Positions 57,969 through 64,000 of a DNA stretch of 64,000 nt are shown here, in pieces. How positions within the stretch are numbered: position 1 is the first letter of the stretch; each line of letters opens with the position of its first letter. The notes beneath the pieces are model-generated. The model ran no database searches and had not been told where the DNA came from. It saw only the letters and a list, made by a program, of their open reading frames with translations. Origin of the DNA: Nitrosopumilaceae archaeon (lineage in GTDB: Archaea; Thermoproteota; Nitrososphaeria; Nitrososphaerales; Nitrosopumilaceae). The DNA lies in NCBI GenBank assembly GCA_965203465.1, contig CBDBCR010000002.1, positions 64,001-128,000 on the forward strand. The letters run 5' to 3'. A program made the translations under genes and the position numbers.

Positions 57969-58273
57969 GCGACACGCGGCAGCTCATGGCGGGCGTGGCC
58001 CTCGTCTTTGCCGGGTTCGTGGTGCTCGGCGCGTTCGGCGCGCCGTACGTGGAGGGGACGATAGAGTCCGAAGAGTTTTCCGACTGCTACGACTATTCGC
58101 CCGACGCCCCGCCCGTGCAGGTGGACTGCGCCCAGCTCGAGGCGCAAAAGTCGGCCTTTTTCGCGCTCGTCGTCGGCCTGATAGGCGCCGGCGCCGTGTT
58201 CCTCGTCAGGGGCGCGCGCGGCAAGTGGGATCAGCAGACCGATCCCTCCGAGATGGTCGGCCCGTCTTCTTGA
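57965..58273 (+). CDS. Small two-TM membrane protein
   Basis: Two hydrophobic segments around a loop with two Cys; ATGA overlap with the upstream gene. Confidence 0.7.
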   Translation: MSDTRQLMAGVALVFAGFVVLGAFGAPYVEGTIESEEFSDCYDYSPDAPPVQVDCAQLEAQKSAFFALVVGLIGAGAVFLVRGARGKWDQQTDPSEMVGPSS

Positions 58274-58354
58274 CCCGGCCTTCCGTCTCTTCGTCGCGCA
58301 TGCGCTGTATGTACACTTCCTCGTAGGGCACGGCGCAGATCTCCGACTCCGTAT

Positions 58355-58591
58355 TTAAGCCGGATCTTTCTTGATCAGCGTCACCGTCGAGCGTATCTTT
58401 GCGAGCTTTTGTATCTCCCACGCTATTACGCCGCGCAGATCCTCGAGGTGGCTCCCCTCCACCCGGACCATGATGTCGTGGGCCCCGAAGGTGCCGAACA
58501 CGTCGGAGACCTGCGGTATGGCGCGCACCTGCTCTATGATCTCCTCCTCCGCGCCCAGCTCGCAGTTTATCAGCACGTACCCGGTGGTCAC
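58355..58591 (-). CDS. Lrp/AsnC ligand-binding-domain protein
   Basis: YVLINCELG.EEEII...GTFGAHDIMVRVE...IRSTVTL. Confidence 0.88.
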   Translation of the reverse strand: MTTGYVLINCELGAEEEIIEQVRAIPQVSDVFGTFGAHDIMVRVEGSHLEDLRGVIAWEIQKLAKIRSTVTLIKKDPA

Positions 58592-58617
58592 CGAGGCGCC
58601 GGCCGGCGGTTGGTATT

Positions 58618-59139
58618 TCAAAGTTGGGGTGGGCGGCAGGCCCACCTCGAGACGAAAGGCATCTCAAAGTCGCGCAGGCGCTTCTCTGATCTCTGCCCCT
58701 CCAGGAGCGCGTACGTCTGGCCGTCGTACGTGCAGACGCACGAGACCGGCTCGTCCGAGCGGTCCCACTCTTTGTAGAATTCGCGCAGCCTGCGGCCCGT
58801 GTAAGTGCCGGTGCCCGTCCTCTTTTTGGAGAGGAACTTGAAGGCGAACACCACCCTGCGGTCCCGGTAGGCGCCGAGCGCGTCGGTCCAGCGCCGGCAC
58901 CTCGTGACCTGGTCGGCGGGCACCTGCAGGGTGGTGCCGGTCCCCGACTTTGCCTCTATCACGATCAGCGACTTTGAGCCGTTGTTGACGGCAAGTATGT
59001 CGGGCAGCGCCACGCTCGGCGAGCCGAGCCGGAAGCCGAGCCAGCCCTCCGAGCCGTTGAGCCGCTTTACCAGGGCGTCTTCCCACGCGTACCCGCGGCT
59101 CCTCCTGGCACGCGAGGCCTTCTCTGTCGCGCTGCTCAC
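58618..59139 (-). CDS. Hjc-like Holliday junction resolvase (PD-(D/E)XK)
   Basis: RGYAWE...LPDILA...IEAKS in the C-terminal part of ORF 58618-60273. Confidence 0.8.
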   Translation of the reverse strand: MSSATEKASRARRSRGYAWEDALVKRLNGSEGWLGFRLGSPSVALPDILAVNNGSKSLIVIEAKSGTGTTLQVPADQVTRCRRWTDALGAYRDRRVVFAFKFLSKKRTGTGTYTGRRLREFYKEWDRSDEPVSCVCTYDGQTYALLEGQRSEKRLRDFEMPFVSRWACRPPQL

Positions 59140-59252
59140 GGGGGGCCCTCGCCGTGCGGGTAAAAAAGCCCGGCGCGGGCCCCGGCGAGCTCGGGTTTGC
59201 GACGGTGCGCCTCCGGCGCGGGCCCGGCTACCGGGCGCCTTTCGGGAGCGGG

Positions 59253-60196
59253 CTAGACGACGTCGCCCTCCGGCGCGGCCTTGCGCACGAACGCCTGCGC
59301 CGGCGTCTCGCTGTTGTCCCAGTCGAGCGAGCGGTGCGGCTTGCCGTTGTACCATTCTACGAACCTTTCGACCGGATCGCGGGGCTTGTCGGCGCAGAAC
59401 GGGCCGCCCACGTGGACGGCAGAGCCGCCGCGCTGCCGGACGGCCTTGCCTGCAGAGGCGTCTATGAACCTGGGCAGCTTGCGCTGCATGTCGCCGTAGA
59501 ACCGTCCCAGCTTGCCGCCGGTCTGGGAGCTGTTGGCGCGCGCGCGTACGTGCCTGATGCCGAGCGCGATCAGCTCCTTTTCGAACTGCGACGCGCCCCC
59601 CGCGGCGTTCTCTTTGCCGCTGGCGTAAAACTGCGGTCCGCGGCCGGTCATCACGGAAGCCGGCTTTCCGTGGCTGGAAATGGCCTCTTTCAGGACTTTT
59701 ACGGCGTGTTTTCCGGTGGCCTCCTTGAACGCGCCGAACCCCACTATCTTGCGCGACGCGTCGTCCTGGTAGGCGATGAACCACCTCCCGTCGCCCATCA
59801 TCTTGTAGCCGGCGTGCCACATGGAGTTCGAGTACTTGCGATCGTGCCTGGCCTGCTTGCGCCGCCCCGTCTCGGACTCGGCCCACGAGTCGCCGGACTC
59901 CCCCATCGTCCTGCGCACGATCCCGCGCGGTATATTGGTTACCCGCGCGTCCATCGCTCGCTTCTTGGCGTCTACGCCCGCCCGCGCCGCGGCGGGCCGA
60001 GTGCCCCGCGCCCGTGCGGCCCGTTGGCCGGCCTGCCCGTGGGCCGGGGGCACCGCATGCCAATCTTGGCGTGCCCGTACCCCGCCCGCGGCTTGAACCG
60101 GATTCCGGAGACTTGCGGGTGCGGCTATGGCCTTTTGGCCCTTGCGCTTTTCGCGCATCGTCCGCCCGGCTTGGCCCTCGCCCAACTTGCGCATGA
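59253..60196 (-). pseudogene. IS481-like integrase-core transposase remnant
   Basis: YSNSMWH, YQDDASRKIVG, HGKPASVM, LGIRH, QTGGKL.RF, WYN.KPHRSL; catalytic positions read Gly; N-terminal part decayed; element ends not resolved. Confidence 0.78.
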
Positions 60197-60432
60197 TGCG
60201 CGCCCGGCGACCCCCCGCGCTCGAACCTGCCGCTCTTGCGTACGGCCGACGCGCCCCTCTTCCGCTCCTGCACCCCGCTGCGCCCGTCCCCTGCTGGCTG
60301 CTACTTTGGCCTCCGGCAGTGCGTGCTATTTGTACACCGGACGCTGCGGGCCGAGCAGCGTCTCGACTACGGAAAGACGCCGTTCGCGCCGCGATCCGGG
60401 TCGGCATTAAACGCCGGGGCGCGAAAAACGGC

Positions 60433-60702
60433 CTACGGGTCTGGCAATATCCTGACCTCGGCGCCGTCGCCGACAAGCTCGGCCGTCCTGCCGGGGGCCG
60501 GCATGCCCGACGAGACGGGGCAGATGATGCGCACGCCCCCAAAGTCCGCTGCGCAAAAAACGCTGCCCCCCATCTCGGAGCATTCCACGACGGTGCCCCG
60601 GCGCGGGGCCTCGGCCAGCTCGCCGCGGCCCAGGCACGACGGGCACGTCGGCGAGTCGTGGATCCAGCGCGCCCCGCACGCGCGGCAGCCGCGCAGCATC
60701 AT
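60433..60702 (-). CDS. DUF35-like Zn-ribbon/OB-fold protein (thiolase partner)
   Basis: CRAC-x10-CPSC followed by beta strands; ATGA overlap with the thiolase stop. Confidence 0.75.
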   Translation of the reverse strand: MMLRGCRACGARWIHDSPTCPSCLGRGELAEAPRRGTVVECSEMGGSVFCAADFGGVRIICPVSSGMPAPGRTAELVGDGAEVRILPDP

Positions 60703-61790
60703 CTTCCGATCACCACCGCCGACGAGGATGTGCCTGCCGCCGCCATCGTGTGGACCAAGCCCGTGCGCGCCCCGTCCACCTGCCGCCTGCCGGCCGTGCC
60801 CGAGACCTGGAAGTATATCTCGGCCGCCTGGGCTATGCCGGTGGCCGCGAACGGGTGGCCCGCGCCGACCAGCCCGCCGCGCGGGTTTATCTTTTTGTCG
60901 CCGGCCTCGTGCATCCTCTCCAGCATCCGGGCGCCGCCGCGGGCAGGGGCCAGCCCGCACGCCTCGGCTGCCATGGCCTCGAGGGCCGCAAACGCGTCGT
61001 GGATCTCGGCCACGTCCACTTTTTCGGGCCCGATCCGAGCGGCCTCGTAGGCCCTCGAAGAGGCAAGCTCGGCCGACTCGAGCCTGTCGAGCCTGCCGGC
61101 GCTCGCAAAGCTCGCACCCGTCGTGGCGCGCCCCACGCCCCGCACGAGGGCCGGGCCGCTGCCCGCAAGCTCTTCGGAGGCCAGCAGCAGGGCCGCCCCG
61201 CCGCTCGCCGGCCTCGAGCACTCGAGCAGGCGCAGGTCGGCGCTGACCCGGCGCGAGCCGAGCACGTCCTGCGCGCCGGCCGCCGCGCCGGGCAGCGCCG
61301 CGGGGTTGTCGCGCGCGCGCGCGTGGGCCTTTGCCGCGACGGCCGCTATCTGCTCCCTCGTGGCCCCCGAGTAGCGGCGGTATGCGCGCGTCATCAGCGA
61401 CCCCCAGTACAGCGGGCTGGAAAGGCCGCCGCGCGAGGCGTCCCGTTCCAGCACGTGGCCGGGCCCGTCCGCGGAGTCGGCGCCCGCCACCAGGGCCGCG
61501 TCTGCCAGGCCAGAGGCCACGTACGCGTACGCGGAGACGAGCGCGTCTGCCCCCGAGCAGCACATGCTCTCGACGCCGTGGCTCGAGCCGGGGCGCAGCC
61601 CGAGGCACTCCGAGAGTATCGCGCCAGAGTACGTCCCCCCGCCGGCGCAGACGACGGCGCCTATCCTGCCGCGCTCGATCGCGCACGATCCGAGCAGCCG
61701 CGCGGAAGCTTCGAGCATGGCGGCGCCCGGATCCGCCGGCTTTTCGGAGAACTTTTCGACGCGCGCGCCGGCTACCGCCACCCTCCTCAA
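60699..61790 (-). CDS. Thiolase family protein (acetyl-CoA acetyltransferase-like)
   Basis: VESMCCSG, DVAEIHDAF, INPRGGL.GAGHP.AATG. Confidence 0.88.
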   Translation of the reverse strand: MRRVAVAGARVEKFSEKPADPGAAMLEASARLLGSCAIERGRIGAVVCAGGGTYSGAILSECLGLRPGSSHGVESMCCSGADALVSAYAYVASGLADAALVAGADSADGPGHVLERDASRGGLSSPLYWGSLMTRAYRRYSGATREQIAAVAAKAHARARDNPAALPGAAAGAQDVLGSRRVSADLRLLECSRPASGGAALLLASEELAGSGPALVRGVGRATTGASFASAGRLDRLESAELASSRAYEAARIGPEKVDVAEIHDAFAALEAMAAEACGLAPARGGARMLERMHEAGDKKINPRGGLVGAGHPFAATGIAQAAEIYFQVSGTAGRRQVDGARTGLVHTMAAAGTSSSAVVIGR

Positions 61791-62731
61791 AAAAACTCGC
61801 CCGCCAAAAGCTCGAACGATTCGCGCACGTCGCCGACCGGGTTGAACTGTAGTATGGGCATGTCGATGCCGGCCGCGCGGAACCTTTCCAGCTGCGCCCT
61901 GCACTCGGACGGCGAGCCGCACACGGCCAGCTCGTCGAGCATCGCGTCGGTCACGCGCGAGGCCGCAGCGTCCAGGCCGGATTCGGAATACGCGCGCGCT
62001 ATCCCCTCCACGCCGTACCCGAAAGGCTCGAGGAACTTCCTGTATATCGAGCCCACCGAGACGTAGAAGGCCAGCGTGCGCGCCGCGCGGGCGCGCGCCG
62101 CGCCGGCGTCGTCCGACACCGCGGTTATCAGCTGGCAGGCCACGTCGGTCCCGGTGCCGGCAAACCTCCCGGCCGCGCGGGGCACCTCGCCGAGCGGCCG
62201 CAGGTAGAGTATCACGCCGTCGGCCGCCTCGGCGGCGAGGGACATCATGCCGGGGTTGACCGCCGCCAGGTATATGGGGATCCTTTCCTGGACCGGCCTG
62301 ACCAGCAGCCTGAACCCGGACAGCCTGAAATGGCGCCCCTCGTAGTCTATCCTCTCGCCGGAGCAGGCCAGCCGGACCACCTCGACGTACTCGCGCATCC
62401 TGTCCAGCGGGGCCTCGAAGCCGGCGCCGTGGAGGCGGCCCACGATGGCCGGGCTGCTCGTGCCGAGGCCCAGCGTCATCCTGCCGCCAGATATCCTGTC
62501 CAGGGTCGAGGCCCCCATGGCGGCCAGCGCCGGGCTGCGCGAGTACGAGTTGACGACCGACGAGCCTATCCGGGCCCCCGTGCGCCCAGAGGCCGCCGCC
62601 AGGACAGAAAAGCACTCCATGCCCCACGTCTCGGGCACCCAGACGTGGTCAGGCTCGGACTCTAGGGAATCGAGGCACTCGAGTATCTGCTCGACGCCCA
62701 GCAGCGATCCGAGGCTCAGGGCGGTCCTCAC
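61787..62731 (-). CDS. LLM-class (likely F420-dependent) oxidoreductase
   Basis: WVPETWG, GGRMTLGLG, IPIYLAA, ADGVIL. Confidence 0.9.
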   Translation of the reverse strand: MRTALSLGSLLGVEQILECLDSLESEPDHVWVPETWGMECFSVLAAASGRTGARIGSSVVNSYSRSPALAAMGASTLDRISGGRMTLGLGTSSPAIVGRLHGAGFEAPLDRMREYVEVVRLACSGERIDYEGRHFRLSGFRLLVRPVQERIPIYLAAVNPGMMSLAAEAADGVILYLRPLGEVPRAAGRFAGTGTDVACQLITAVSDDAGAARARAARTLAFYVSVGSIYRKFLEPFGYGVEGIARAYSESGLDAAASRVTDAMLDELAVCGSPSECRAQLERFRAAGIDMPILQFNPVGDVRESFELLAGEFF

Positions 62732-62849
62732 GCCGGCCGGGGCCGGGGCCCCCTAGTTTACCCTTGCGGATTGTGTGAAAAAATCTACACATCTTGTAAA
62801 ATAAAACAGACCACCAACACTTAACAACGACCGCCTGGGGGGATCGGCC

Positions 62850-63662
62850 ATGGCAAAGAGGTTCCGCTCGCCGATCGAGTACAGGCTGCGCCACGTACCC
62901 GTGAAGAGCATAATCGTCTGGAAGGACGCCCAGGCGCGCAAGCTCGACCGCGACGGCATAGCAGAGCTTGCAAAGTCCATACGCGCCGAGGGCCTCCAGA
63001 ACCCGCCCCTGGTCCAGCGCGAGGGGCGCGGGACGTACAAGCTCATGGCGGGCCAGCGGCGCCTGGCGGCCCTAAAGCACCTGCGCGCAAAGACGGTCCC
63101 GGTGCTGGTCATAACGAAGGCCACCGAGTACGAGATAGGCGACGCAAAGGCCGCCTCGGTCATCGAAAACATACACCGCAAGGGGATGAGCCAGCGCGAC
63201 TTGGCATCCTCGTGCGTCTTTCTGGCAGAGACGATGGGCACGCAGGCAAAGGCCGCGCGCACCCTCGGCATGTCCGTCCCCACCTTCAAAAAACTGCACG
63301 GCTTCGCCGGGGTGCCGGAAAAGCTGAAAAGCCTGGTTCCGGGCACCATATCGAGGGACGAGGCCACCCGGCTGCACGTGGCGATGCCGTCGACGACCAG
63401 GGCGGTGGCCGTCGCGCAGCGCATAGCAAAGTACCCGCCGCCAATACGGCGCCAGTACGTGCGGGTACTGGCCGACAACCCGCGCATGGGGCACGCGGCC
63501 GTGCTCAAGCGGGCCAAAAAGATGCGCACGCAGCAAAAGGTGCCCGTCGTGCTATCCAAGAGGCAGGCCACCTTCCTCGACAGGCAGGCCGAAAAGCGCG
63601 GCATGGAGCAGGACGAACTGGCCAAAAGGATAGTCGCCGACTGGATACGCAAGCGCATATAG
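62850..63662 (+). CDS. ParB/RepB/Spo0J-family protein with C-terminal RHH-like segment
   Basis: ELAKSI..EGLQNP, AGQRRLAA, ENIHR; AT-rich upstream region 62755-62830. Confidence 0.85.
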   Translation: MAKRFRSPIEYRLRHVPVKSIIVWKDAQARKLDRDGIAELAKSIRAEGLQNPPLVQREGRGTYKLMAGQRRLAALKHLRAKTVPVLVITKATEYEIGDAKAASVIENIHRKGMSQRDLASSCVFLAETMGTQAKAARTLGMSVPTFKKLHGFAGVPEKLKSLVPGTISRDEATRLHVAMPSTTRAVAVAQRIAKYPPPIRRQYVRVLADNPRMGHAAVLKRAKKMRTQQKVPVVLSKRQATFLDRQAEKRGMEQDELAKRIVADWIRKRI

Positions 63663-63691
63663 CTTAAATGCGCATTCGGCGCTTTTGTACC

Positions 63692-63814
63692 ATGGCATCG
63701 GTCAACGAGCGGTTCTGGCGGAGCGTGGACCGGTACGCCTCGCGCCGCGACGACGAGGCGTTCCTCGGCGAGGTGGCGTACCTGATGGTGACGCTACACC
63801 GGCACGGCGCATGA
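63692..63814 (+). CDS. Small hypothetical protein (40 aa), not in ORF track
   Basis: MASVNERFWRSVDRYASRRDDEAFLGEVAYLMVTLHRHGA*; ttaaat 28 nt upstream. Confidence 0.5.
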   Translation: MASVNERFWRSVDRYASRRDDEAFLGEVAYLMVTLHRHGA

Positions 63815-64000
63815 TCCGGCCGCACTCTTCCAAGTCCTTGTGGGAGTCGATCGACATCCACGAGGCGCCTCCGAACTTTACGGCCCTCAAAAGGCCCGCG
63901 GCCGCCATGGCCGGGAACGCGTCGCGCTCTATGCTGCCGCGCGCCGGCAGTCTTTTCGCGGACTTTTGCGAGATGCAGTATATGCCGGCGTTCATCCAGA
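63702..64000 (-). CDS. Sugar-phosphate nucleotidyltransferase family protein, 3' end (partial)
   Basis: WMNAGIY...SIERDAFP...WMSIDSHKDL. Confidence 0.8.
   Translation of the reverse strand, partial: WMNAGIYCISQKSAKRLPARGSIERDAFPAMAAAGLLRAVKFGGASWMSIDSHKDLEECGRIMRRAGVASPSGTPPRRGTPRRRGARRTGPRSARTAR

Noticed and set aside
58618-62627. Apparent long fusions (551-aa Hjc ORF, 642-aa thiolase ORF, 417-aa DUF35 ORF)
   Set aside because: The N-terminal extensions are off-frame read-through of neighbouring genes; real starts are at 59139, 61790 and 60702.

Overview
GC-rich archaeal DNA whose gene content points to a Nitrososphaerota (Thaumarchaeota) ammonia oxidiser of the Cenarchaeum-like type: parvulin, Hef-type helicase, dCMP deaminase, PolB, archaeal TIM, ProS, a PEFG-CTERM protein, Hjc-like resolvase and an LLM oxidoreductase/thiolase/DUF35 cluster. 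The taxonomic call is inference from family recognition only. The flanks (about 0.3-21 kb and 54.7-64 kb) are mostly housekeeping genes, with degraded IS elements, a toxin-antitoxin pair, a structured-RNA candidate and several unlisted small ORFs. The centre (21.2-54.7 kb) is an array of five co-oriented giant secreted proteins of about 1,800-2,650 aa. They share one plan: signal peptide ending AEA, variable tip domain, stalk of Ig-like repeats, ZU5/GPS-like HF(S/T)xF motif, and a conserved CDDCxxPTLG C-terminal module with no recognisable membrane anchor. Three of the five genes have a pure G12-G14 tract between the TATA box and the start (candidate phase variation). Three have an N-terminal His plus an HxH motif (candidate AmoB/CopC-like copper site) next to hypervariable loops. 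Their 3' ends appear homogenised. This array is the best candidate for an undescribed system. All functional assignments come from motif reading by eye, without database searches. Three frameshifts fall in short G runs, so homopolymer lengths may be affected by sequencing error.
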